DNA of 64,000 nucleotides, from contig CAWEEQ010000004.1 in NCBI GenBank assembly GCA_963808235.1, positions 2,592,001-2,656,000 on the forward strand, written 5' to 3'. The DNA is from an uncultured delta proteobacterium. Lineage in GTDB: Bacteria; Desulfobacterota; Binatia; Binatales; Binataceae. Under the pieces are notes generated by a model. It saw nothing but the letters and a program-made list of their open reading frames with translations. It searched no databases and was not told the DNA's origin. Of this stretch, positions 20,254-28,360 are shown piece by piece; positions within the stretch are counted from its first letter, which is position 1; each line of letters starts with the position of its first letter. The translations under genes were made by a program, and so were the position numbers.

Positions 20254-22617
20254 CTAGATCTTGTCGCTCGGACCTTCGTCAGCCTCGTACGATTCCGCGG
20301 CGTCCGGAGCGTAAGGACCGTAGGTGTCGTATCCACCGTAGTAGCGGCGATAGTACTGATAGTGCTGGCTGTTGACGTCGACCTGGTTGAGCAGGACGCC
20401 GAAGACTTTGGCCCGCGCGAACTCGAGCCGCGCATAGGCCGCCTTAACGTGCTGCTTGGAGGTTTTCGAGGAGTTCACCACCAGCACCACGCCGTCGACC
20501 ATCGTCGATAGCAGCATCGCGTCGGTCACCGGCAAAATAGGCGGCGAATCGATCACCACAACGTCGAACTCGCTGGTGAGCTGCGCCAGCGTGTCGCGCA
20601 TCTTGTCCGAGCCCACCAGTTCCGACGGATTCGGAGGTATCGAGCCCGCGCTGAGGAACGACAGACTGTCGATATCGGTGCTGCGGATCAGGTCGCTCAC
20701 GTTGCACGCGCCCGCCAGCACCTCGGTCAAGCCGGCCTGATTCTCGAGCGCGAGAACCTTGTGGCATCGCGGCCGTCTCAGATCAACGTCGATCAGCAAG
20801 ACCCGCACGCCCGTATGCGCGAACACCACGGCCGTGTTCAGCGCGCTGACGGTCTTCCCTTCGGAGTTCGACGCGCTGGTAAAGAGTATCGTCTTGGGCG
20901 GAGCGCCGGCCCGCGACAGCATCAATGCGGTGCGCAGCGATCGATACGCTTCGCCAACGACCGAGTACTGGTTCATCGAGCCCGCAAGCTCGCGACTACT
21001 CGCGAGCGTCGGCACGCGGTCGTTTCCGTTGCGCTTGGCCAGCGCCCGCGTTTCCTGCCGCGTGAATGCCGGCACTGCGGCCAGGTTGGGCAGCCTCAGG
21101 TATTGCTCGACTTGTTCAGGTGTCTTGAGCGTCTTGTCCTGGTATTCAATCAGGAAGGCAAGACCAATTCCGAGCGCCAGTCCGAACGCGATCGCTTGTA
21201 GGAGCGACATCGTGCGATGCGGTCCCGAGGGCCCACCCGGCACAGACGCATCGTCGACGACCACGGTATTCGACGATTGGCTCTCGGCCGCCAGGCCGAG
21301 ATCCTTTATTCGCTGCAGGACGGCGTTGTAAAGCTCGCGGTTGGTATCCACCTCGCGCTGAAGGATCGCGTATCCGACGGAAGCATCGTTAACGCTGAGC
21401 GCTTGCGACCGCTGGCGGCCCATCTCCTCCTGGAGGTCCGCTTCCTTGGTTTTGGCGGCATTGAAGGAGGCGATGACGCTCGCGGAGTAAGCCTTAAGCT
21501 CCTGGTTGTAGGTCTCCTGGAGCTGATCGATGCGCGCCTTGGCACGGACCATCGGCGGATAGTCGGGCTTGAATTGCTTCGCCATCGCGACGTAATCGCT
21601 CATCGCGGTATCGAGTTGCGTTTTGACCGACGGCGTCGAGGAACCGGAGTTGGAATTGCCGCTGGAGGGAAGCTCCGGTACCTGATTCTTGCGAATCTGA
21701 TCGACCTCCGCTTCGAGCCCGATCCGCGCGACCTGCGCGTTGGTGAGTTCCCTGCTCAAATCCGAGAGGCGCGCGATGACCACCGTTTCCTTGCCGTCAA
21801 CCGACATAAGGCCCGGCACGATTCCCTTGTCGCGGCGATAATTGTTCAGCGCCAGTTCCGATTTCTCGAGCTTCTCTTTCAGCTCCACCAGCTTGTCGCG
21901 CAGAAACCGCTCGGCTTCCGCGTTGGCCTGCGTGCGCAGCTCGATCCCTTCGCGGATGTACGCATGCGCGTGCGCGTTGGCGAGCCGTGCCGACAGGAGC
22001 GCATTCGGAGTCGTGAAAACTATCTTCACCAGGTTGGTATCGGGGATCGGCCTGATCTCCAGAGAACCCAGGTAGCTGCCGACCGCGTTGTCGACCGAAG
22101 TCGCACTCGCCGGCGCCGGTTTCGCCACCGCCGCCTTTGACCCGAACCAGCTCGCGAAAAATCCTCTGCTCGGCTTTCTACTCTTGCCGAGAAATAACGG
22201 GTCGGTTGCGAGGCCCTCCGCCGTGACCACGTTGGTGGCCAGCGTGCGGCTCTTCAGGATTTCGCATTGCGTCTTGAGAAAGTCTTCGACCGAATCCCAA
22301 TCGTTGCCCCCGGTCGAAGCGTCACCCTGCGCTCCCTGGTGACCTTCGAGGAGCTGCGGGTTACCCGGCTTCAGTAGAATCGTCGAATCCGCAGTGTAGA
22401 GCGGCGTCATCATCGACACCCGGATCGCAACGATTACCAGCGCCGCGAGCGTGATCGACACGATCATCCAGCGATGCTTCTTTACGGTGATCCAGTAGCT
22501 CAGCAGGTCGAGCGATCGCTCGTCTTCTTCGTGCAGTTTCCCGCCGAACGAGCCGTCCATGACTTCAGTGTCGATCGGTTGCGCGCGCCGGATGAAATAT
22601 GGCGATGGTTGGGTCAT
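20254..22617 (-). CDS. wzc: Polysaccharide co-polymerase / tyrosine autokinase Wzc
   Basis: Two TM segments, coiled coil, EAYRSLRT, Walker A SNSEGKT, LLIDVDLRRP, IDSPP, Tyr-rich tail YQYYRRYYGGYDTY. Confidence 0.93.
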   Translation of the reverse strand: MTQPSPYFIRRAQPIDTEVMDGSFGGKLHEEDERSLDLLSYWITVKKHRWMIVSITLAALVIVAIRVSMMTPLYTADSTILLKPGNPQLLEGHQGAQGDASTGGNDWDSVEDFLKTQCEILKSRTLATNVVTAEGLATDPLFLGKSRKPSRGFFASWFGSKAAVAKPAPASATSVDNAVGSYLGSLEIRPIPDTNLVKIVFTTPNALLSARLANAHAHAYIREGIELRTQANAEAERFLRDKLVELKEKLEKSELALNNYRRDKGIVPGLMSVDGKETVVIARLSDLSRELTNAQVARIGLEAEVDQIRKNQVPELPSSGNSNSGSSTPSVKTQLDTAMSDYVAMAKQFKPDYPPMVRAKARIDQLQETYNQELKAYSASVIASFNAAKTKEADLQEEMGRQRSQALSVNDASVGYAILQREVDTNRELYNAVLQRIKDLGLAAESQSSNTVVVDDASVPGGPSGPHRTMSLLQAIAFGLALGIGLAFLIEYQDKTLKTPEQVEQYLRLPNLAAVPAFTRQETRALAKRNGNDRVPTLASSRELAGSMNQYSVVGEAYRSLRTALMLSRAGAPPKTILFTSASNSEGKTVSALNTAVVFAHTGVRVLLIDVDLRRPRCHKVLALENQAGLTEVLAGACNVSDLIRSTDIDSLSFLSAGSIPPNPSELVGSDKMRDTLAQLTSEFDVVVIDSPPILPVTDAMLLSTMVDGVVLVVNSSKTSKQHVKAAYARLEFARAKVFGVLLNQVDVNSQHYQYYRRYYGGYDTYGPYAPDAAESYEADEGPSDKI

Positions 22618-22632
22618 TTTACTCTTTTCGTC

Positions 22633-23931
22633 TCAGAAGGTCGGCAGCGGTACCGCCATGCGTGTCAGGATGTTATAAACCACGTACGGACCTATCCTGA
22701 GGTCCGAATACGGTACATCGATTACATCGTTGGCGCGAACCGGGATGTCCGGGTCGGCGCCGGTCGCAATCTTGTCCAGGTTCACCGGGATCGACACCTT
22801 GTTGCCGGCCGCGTCGCTGCGAATCAGCGTCGCCGCAGAAGGCGCAGCCGCATACATCGCTCCTCCCGCCGACCCCACCGCGCCCAATACCGTCAGACCC
22901 GAACCAACCTGGAAGAATCCGGGCTTGTATACCCATCCCGTCACCATCACGTTGCCGCCGCCGGGAACGATCAGCACGTCGCCCGGCCGTACCGGCATGT
23001 TGATGTAGCGAGCGCTGCCGTTGAGCGCGCTGCTCTTGAGCGGGATCACGATCGCCGGCCCGTTGCTGATATTCGTCTGCAGGGAGGCCATCGTCAGTTC
23101 CGTTTTATCTGGACCCGAATGGTCGGGCTGCGCATTCTGCGGGATGTCGGCCTCGGCCACCTTGTGCTGCGGTTCGTTTTCTTCGCTTAGCGAGGCGGCC
23201 AAACGCGCGAGCTGCTTTTGCCCGCCCTTCACCTCGGGAAGAATCACAATCTCGTCGGCCGCTTCCGCGGTCATTCCGCCCGCCTGTGTGATCGCATCGA
23301 GAATCGATACGTCAGAGCTCGTCAACGTGATCAGACCCGGCGTGCGCACCGCGCCCACCACCGCGACCTGCCGGCTGCGATATTCCCGGATAAAAACGTC
23401 GACCTGCGGACTATACATGTACTTGGTGAGCGCCGTTTTCAGCTCGTCGGAAAGTTGCGGCTCGGTCAGGCCGCCGGCCTGTATGTTCCCGATAAGCGGC
23501 AGCTCGATCTTTCCGTCGCCGCCCACTCGAACCGTGCGCTCTTTCAAATCTTCCACGCCCGGAACCGTGATTTCGATCACGTCTCCAGGGCCGATTGGAT
23601 AGTCCAGACTTTCACGCGCCTGCGATCTCTTTTCGAAGAGCGCCTTTAGCCGGTCCTGATTCGCCTGGGAGTTTGCGGCGCTCGGCACCCGCGGATCGGC
23701 AGCCAAACCAGGCGACGGCGGCGATTCCGATCCGAGTGCAGGTTGCGCTGCTGGTGCAGCCGCGGGCGCAGCGTCGGGTGCGGGCGCGGCAGTTTCCGCC
23801 GTTGGCGCGGAATCCGGCGCAGGCTCGGGTTGCGATGACGAGCACGCGACCAGCGATGTAGCTACGATCGCCGCGATGCCCACCGTTCTAAAACGAAATC
23901 CTGTTGTCGTCCGTCTCATACGCAAATTCAA
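22633..23931 (-). CDS. wza: Polysaccharide export lipoprotein (Wza/OPX, SLBB domains)
   Basis: Lipobox LVAC, YPIGPGDVIEI, DGKIELPLIG, VVGAVRTPG, two SLBB repeats; start may be ATG 23919. Confidence 0.9.
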   Translation of the reverse strand: MNLRMRRTTTGFRFRTVGIAAIVATSLVACSSSQPEPAPDSAPTAETAAPAPDAAPAAAPAAQPALGSESPPSPGLAADPRVPSAANSQANQDRLKALFEKRSQARESLDYPIGPGDVIEITVPGVEDLKERTVRVGGDGKIELPLIGNIQAGGLTEPQLSDELKTALTKYMYSPQVDVFIREYRSRQVAVVGAVRTPGLITLTSSDVSILDAITQAGGMTAEAADEIVILPEVKGGQKQLARLAASLSEENEPQHKVAEADIPQNAQPDHSGPDKTELTMASLQTNISNGPAIVIPLKSSALNGSARYINMPVRPGDVLIVPGGGNVMVTGWVYKPGFFQVGSGLTVLGAVGSAGGAMYAAAPSAATLIRSDAAGNKVSIPVNLDKIATGADPDIPVRANDVIDVPYSDLRIGPYVVYNILTRMAVPLPTF

Positions 23932-23961
23932 AGGAAAAAATCCATCGGAGTTTGTTTCTGC

Positions 23962-24393
23962 CTAATTCTTGTTGGCTCCCGATCCATTGCCGGAGCTGCC
24001 CGTATTTGTCCGCACCGGCGAGATTTTGGCCGCTGACGCACTCGTCGCCGAGTTATCAACAGCCGTACCCAGCGTCGCGACTGCGACCGGCGGTGCATGC
24101 TGCGTAAACCCCCAATTCACCGTCAGCCCCTGGTCTCCGATGTACGACATCACCCACTGACCCATCGCGCCGAGCTTGTATATCCCCGGTTTCAGATTCG
24201 AAATCGCATACGCGCCGTTGGCGTCGGAGACCGCTTTTCCCGCCTCGAGGTTCGCCGAGTTCTCGACAAAAACGGTGACGCCGGATACCGGCTGGCCGCG
24301 ATTATTTAACATCCTGCCCACCAGCTCGGCGCACGATGCCGGCGTATTGCCGATCAGTACGAGCAACGTCAGCACGACAATCCACGACGCCAT
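23962..24393 (-). CDS. Small secreted carboxypeptidase-regulatory-like (beta-sandwich) domain protein
   Basis: GGGAG RBS before ATG 24393, signal peptide, GQPVSGVTV..SDANGAYAISNLKPGIYKL pattern; first gene of the wza operon. Confidence 0.65.
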   Translation of the reverse strand: MASWIVVLTLLVLIGNTPASCAELVGRMLNNRGQPVSGVTVFVENSANLEAGKAVSDANGAYAISNLKPGIYKLGAMGQWVMSYIGDQGLTVNWGFTQHAPPVAVATLGTAVDNSATSASAAKISPVRTNTGSSGNGSGANKN

Positions 24394-24642
24394 CGATACT
24401 CCCGCGATGTTTTCCGTTCTCGTCGTATGTTTCCCCAGGTAGCTGATATCGGCGGGCATGCGTCCGCCATCCCTTAGGACCCTTTTGTTGGCATCTCTAA
24501 GCTTTAACGGGCGCGCTTTGCGCACTTCCCCCGTGATCACTGCCGTCGTCCTTTCGCTTGCCCGATTGGACGATAAACTACGGCCAGGCCGAATCACGAA
24601 TCCTCGACCACACGCCGAACAATCCGATACAAATCACGGCCT

Positions 24643-24659
24643 TGCGTCGATCGTGCCGA
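24643..24659 (-). promoter_or_regulatory. Candidate sigma-54 (-24/-12) promoter for the wza-wzc operon
   Basis: Minus strand reads TCGGCACGATCGACGCA: GG-N10-GC spacing with a perfect GGCACG; lacks the TT before GC. Confidence 0.35.
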
Positions 24660-24784
24660 TACAACGCCGATGATGTCCATGAGCCCGAGAGCTTGCGATC
24701 TTCTTCTCAACGAAATTCGTCCAGCCCGTGAATTGTTACATCGGATTCGGAGTTCGAGGATCCGCGCCGCTGCCGTTTGACACC

Positions 24785-24813
24785 GTGAAAAGTGAACAGT
24801 GAAAAAGTAAAAA
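24785..24813 (+). repeat. Degenerate heptamer tandem repeat (GTGAAAA)
   Basis: GTGAAAA GTGAACA GTGAAAA A GTAAAAA. Confidence 0.6.
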
Positions 24814-25101
24814 AAGCGCGCGATTATTTCTAGAGCCCTCCACCCGGCGACGCTAATGGGAGTCTAGTCATCGGCAGCCGCAAACACAAGCTAGCGTAAA
24901 CATCAACAAACTACATTGGCCTTATTGAAACGGCTGTTACCTTGCGTTTCCGCAGGCTATTTCTGCCATGGATTGTCTTGCTCCCGCAGCCGAAATATTT
25001 TCTGATGCGGATTGAATCGCAAACATCTCGATCTCGGCTCGCGGTGCATCTGGTTCGCGCCGCACCCGATCATCGCCCCCTTCAAACCGGATCCATTTGA
25101 T

Positions 25102-25135
25102 GTGTACAGTGAACGTGAAACGTGACGAGTGAAAA
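25102..25135 (+). repeat. Degenerate heptamer tandem repeat (GTGAAAA-like)
   Basis: GTGTACA GTGAAC GTGAAAC GTGACGA GTGAAAA. Confidence 0.55.
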
Positions 25136-25201
25136 AGCGGGGATCGGCGCAAAGTCTGATACTTGTTGACTCGTCGTTAGCGAATTCGAGAGAGCATTGC
25201 C

Positions 25202-25447
25202 TTGACTCCAGATATTGAGCATCGCGTCCGCAAGACAATCATCCGCACCTTCAACCTGTCGGCCGAAGATGGAACCGGAGAGCTCCGCATGGGCAGTTTG
25301 CCCGGATGGGACTCGCTCGGACACATGCGCCTGGTCGTGGAACTGGAAGAGGAGTTCGGAGTAAGTTTCCCCACCTACCTCCTGCCCGAAATTCTCGACG
25401 TCGATTCGATCGTTCGCGAAACTCTGAAGCTTCAAGCGGAGCAATAG
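25202..25447 (+). CDS. Stand-alone acyl/aminoacyl carrier protein
   Basis: 81 aa, GWDSLGHM phosphopantetheine site (Ser38), LEEEFGV; TTG start. Confidence 0.9.
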   Translation: MTPDIEHRVRKTIIRTFNLSAEDGTGELRMGSLPGWDSLGHMRLVVELEEEFGVSFPTYLLPEILDVDSIVRETLKLQAEQ

Positions 25448-25461
25448 GGCGTCCCGGTTCA

Positions 25462-26646
25462 ATGACTCATTCGGTGCGGCTCGAACGAGACATTCCGGCT
25501 GACCTGGTCGAGGAGTTTCTCAAGAAACTGTCCTACATATCCGAGTCGCTATCCACCTATGATCTCGATCCGGCAGCGCGCGACAACGTCAGCTTCGAGC
25601 TTCGCCCTGGACATGACGCGCAATCGGAGTTGGTATCCAGTCGAATCCGCGAAGTCGCTGACAAGCTATGCAAGGGCCGCCGCCAGCCGAAGATTAAACT
25701 GCTAGTCAGTCGCAAGGATCGAGATATCTCGTTCAGCGCGGATCCTCATCCTCTGCTCGAGTCGATGGATGAGATTCGCAAGTACGGCGAAGGCCGCTTC
25801 GGCTTCGGTCCGCGGCTGGTCGAACTGATGAATCTGTTCGACCGCGACGTGTGCGCGATCGCCGATCGGATGCGCGCGGTTCCGCATCAGTTTCCGACTC
25901 TGATTGGCGCCGACGTTATGGACCGATGCCGCTATCTGCGCTCATTTCCCTCAGCGCTGACAATGGTTTCGCATCTGCGCGAGGACTTGGGCGCCATCCA
26001 GGACTTCGCAAACATCGCGGCGTGGGATGGCGAGAAGTTGGTCTGCGATCCGGCCACCTTGAGCACTATCCAATGCCTGCTCGCACCTTCGATATGCTTC
26101 CACTACTACGCGTGGCTGCAAAACCGCACCATCGATACGACAGTCGTCACCGCGATCGGAAAATGCTTCCGCTTCGAATCGAAGAGCATGGCCGGCCTGG
26201 AACGATTGTGGGACTTCACGATGCGTGAAGTGATATTCGCGGGGCCCGGCAAGTACGTACTCGACCAGAGACAAAGAGTAGTCGACGAAAGCGTCGCACT
26301 ACTCGACAAGTGGGAATTGGCCTACGAAATCAAAAGCGCGACCGACCCGTTTTTTATCGAAGACTACGCCGCGATGACCGCGTTTCAGTTGGCGTTCGAG
26401 TTGAAGTTCGAAATCCTCGCGCCGCTCCCCTACAAGCATAAGGACCTCGCGATCGGCTCCTTCAACTATCACCAGGATTTCTTCGGCCGCTCGTTCGCCA
26501 TCTCGGGGCAAAACAAAGAGCCCGTCCACACCAGTTGCGTCGGCTTCGGCCTCGAACGCGTCGCGCTGGCATTCCTTGCGCAACATGGCCTCAATCCGAA
26601 GCTATGGCCCGCCGCAATCGCAAATCAGATCCATAGCGCGTGGTAG
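25462..26646 (+). CDS. Class II aminoacyl-tRNA-synthetase paralog: atypical SerRS-like amino acid:[carrier protein] ligase
   Basis: YLRSFP, LAPSICFHYY, motif 2 CFRFE..RLWDFTMRE, ATDPFF, LKFEIL, SFNYHQDFFG, motif 3 HTSCVGFGLER; adjacent to a carrier protein. Confidence 0.85.
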   Translation: MTHSVRLERDIPADLVEEFLKKLSYISESLSTYDLDPAARDNVSFELRPGHDAQSELVSSRIREVADKLCKGRRQPKIKLLVSRKDRDISFSADPHPLLESMDEIRKYGEGRFGFGPRLVELMNLFDRDVCAIADRMRAVPHQFPTLIGADVMDRCRYLRSFPSALTMVSHLREDLGAIQDFANIAAWDGEKLVCDPATLSTIQCLLAPSICFHYYAWLQNRTIDTTVVTAIGKCFRFESKSMAGLERLWDFTMREVIFAGPGKYVLDQRQRVVDESVALLDKWELAYEIKSATDPFFIEDYAAMTAFQLAFELKFEILAPLPYKHKDLAIGSFNYHQDFFGRSFAISGQNKEPVHTSCVGFGLERVALAFLAQHGLNPKLWPAAIANQIHSAW

Positions 26647-26647
26647 C

Positions 26648-27148
26648 ATGATGGCAGATGATTCGACCGATACCAGCGTAGTCATTCGCGCCGCAAAGCC
26701 GGCCGACATCTATACAGTGGAGCCGCTTTGGATCGCCCTCTACAAGCACCAGAAGGACCACGGGATGCTGCTGGACTTGTCCGCATCGTCGTTCACTCAA
26801 TGGGCCGAAGCGATGAAGCCGGCGCTCGGACGTTTCACTTGTCTGTTCATTGCCGAGCACAGCGGAGGACCGATTGGATTTCTGGCCGGCAACCTTAAGA
26901 CCCTTCCTCCGTATTTCGGAGGCCACTTGATCGGTTTCGTAAGTGAAGTGTTCGTTGCCGATGCGCACCGCGGTAAGCAGGTCGGCCGCGATCTGGTCGA
27001 TACCGCGCTCCGATGGTTCAAGGCTCAGCGCGCGCATCGCGTCGAGCTGCAGGTGGTGATGAATAACTCGGGCGCTCGAAAGCTCTACAACAAGCTCGGC
27101 TGGAGCGAGGAGCTAGTTCAGATGGTCTGGAATTGGCCCGCGAAGTAG
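26648..27148 (+). CDS. GNAT-family N-acetyltransferase
   Basis: IRAAKPAD, EVFVADAHRGKQVG (motif A), NSGARKLYNKLGW (motif B); starts 1 nt after the ligase stop. Confidence 0.9.
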   Translation: MMADDSTDTSVVIRAAKPADIYTVEPLWIALYKHQKDHGMLLDLSASSFTQWAEAMKPALGRFTCLFIAEHSGGPIGFLAGNLKTLPPYFGGHLIGFVSEVFVADAHRGKQVGRDLVDTALRWFKAQRAHRVELQVVMNNSGARKLYNKLGWSEELVQMVWNWPAK

Positions 27149-28291
27149 CACATCCGTAATCTTGTTAGCCACGTACCAGCATAGGCATACGAAGACGTAG
27201 GTCCCCGCCGCACCCGCAATCTCCCGCATTCGATGTGAACCGATCGAATCCGCAAACGCGAAGCGCTCCTTGTGCGATCGATACCACACATAAACACAGA
27301 ACCCGATCCCATGCAGGATTCCCCACGTCGCCCAGTACAGGTTCATCCCGTGCCACAAGCCTACCGCGATAAATACCATCACCAGGTTGAAGTACGCATT
27401 TGCTTTCTTGAGTCCCCATCGATTGTAAAACAGGTAGTCGGTGCATATCCGGGTGACGGTCATGTTCCACCGCGCCCAGAAATCTCTTAGGTTCACTTGC
27501 CCGAATGGATAGTTGAAACTCGGCAATAATTTGATTCCCCAGAACAACGCCAGGCATTCCATAAGATGAAAGCCGCCGCTGGTGCTCAAGTAGAAACCCC
27601 ACGGACCGGTAACAAAAATTATGAACAGCTTCGGCCAGCGCGGCCCCGGATGATCTAACCCGACGGTTACTCGATTCAGGCCGGCGCCAATGATCATTTG
27701 TACGATCGCCAACGAAAGCTTTAGCCACCACTCTCGATTCACAACTTCAGTAGCCGTTCGCTTCGACTCGGCATTGCCGTATTGCGGAAAAAACTCGCTC
27801 GGGCGAATAAGCGGTCCAAGCAGCGTGAATGGAAACGTGATCCAGATCACGTAGTCGATAAAATCGAGCTTCTTCAAACGCCCCGATCCGAATTCCCACA
27901 AGAACGATATAGTTCGCAGCAGCAGCCACATGTCGTGGTCGGGCAGCGTCCATAAAACTCCAAATGCATGCACACTGAAGCGGTCCAGTAGATGCACGCT
28001 GCCGGCAAAGAAAATTGCGATCACCGCAATCATCGTGGCGCATGCGTACGTCCACCGCCGCTTCCCGAGTTTCGCCTCGAGAGGCGTGATCCTTTCGAGG
28101 AACCGCGCAAAACCGAACAGCAACAGTATCCAGAGCAGGTAGCCGAAGAACTGATTCCGATAAACGACAGTAGCGACTATCAAGCTGAGCGCTAGATAGC
28201 CATATCGGCGGCGAAGCAATGGCAGGCATATGACAGCCACTGCGCTTGCAATGACGGCGACTAGCGAGTACTCGGCTGCGATGAGCATCAT
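27113..28291 (-). CDS. MBOAT-family membrane-bound O-acyltransferase (DltB/AlgI-like)
   Basis: FPFTLLGPLIR, SFNYPF..NLRDFWARWN, VGLWHG (catalytic His), WGILHGIG. Confidence 0.9.
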   Translation of the reverse strand: MMLIAAEYSLVAVIASAVAVICLPLLRRRYGYLALSLIVATVVYRNQFFGYLLWILLLFGFARFLERITPLEAKLGKRRWTYACATMIAVIAIFFAGSVHLLDRFSVHAFGVLWTLPDHDMWLLLRTISFLWEFGSGRLKKLDFIDYVIWITFPFTLLGPLIRPSEFFPQYGNAESKRTATEVVNREWWLKLSLAIVQMIIGAGLNRVTVGLDHPGPRWPKLFIIFVTGPWGFYLSTSGGFHLMECLALFWGIKLLPSFNYPFGQVNLRDFWARWNMTVTRICTDYLFYNRWGLKKANAYFNLVMVFIAVGLWHGMNLYWATWGILHGIGFCVYVWYRSHKERFAFADSIGSHRMREIAGAAGTYVFVCLCWYVANKITDVLLRGPIPDHLN

Positions 28292-28360
28292 CTGAGGTGG
28301 AAACTGTGGCTATATGGAGCCGAATCGCAAATCAAGATCTCCTCTAGACTCAAACCCTCG

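Noticed and set aside
24394-25201. ops/JUMPstart element or a DltX-like small ORF in the divergent intergenic region
   Set aside because: No GGCGGTAG on the relevant strand and no short TM ORF ending in FxYxxF was found by eye
25462-26646. Housekeeping seryl-tRNA synthetase (serS)
   Set aside because: It lacks the bacterial SerRS coiled-coil arm, has the Zn-triad motifs of the atypical/aa:CP ligase type, and is paired with a carrier protein
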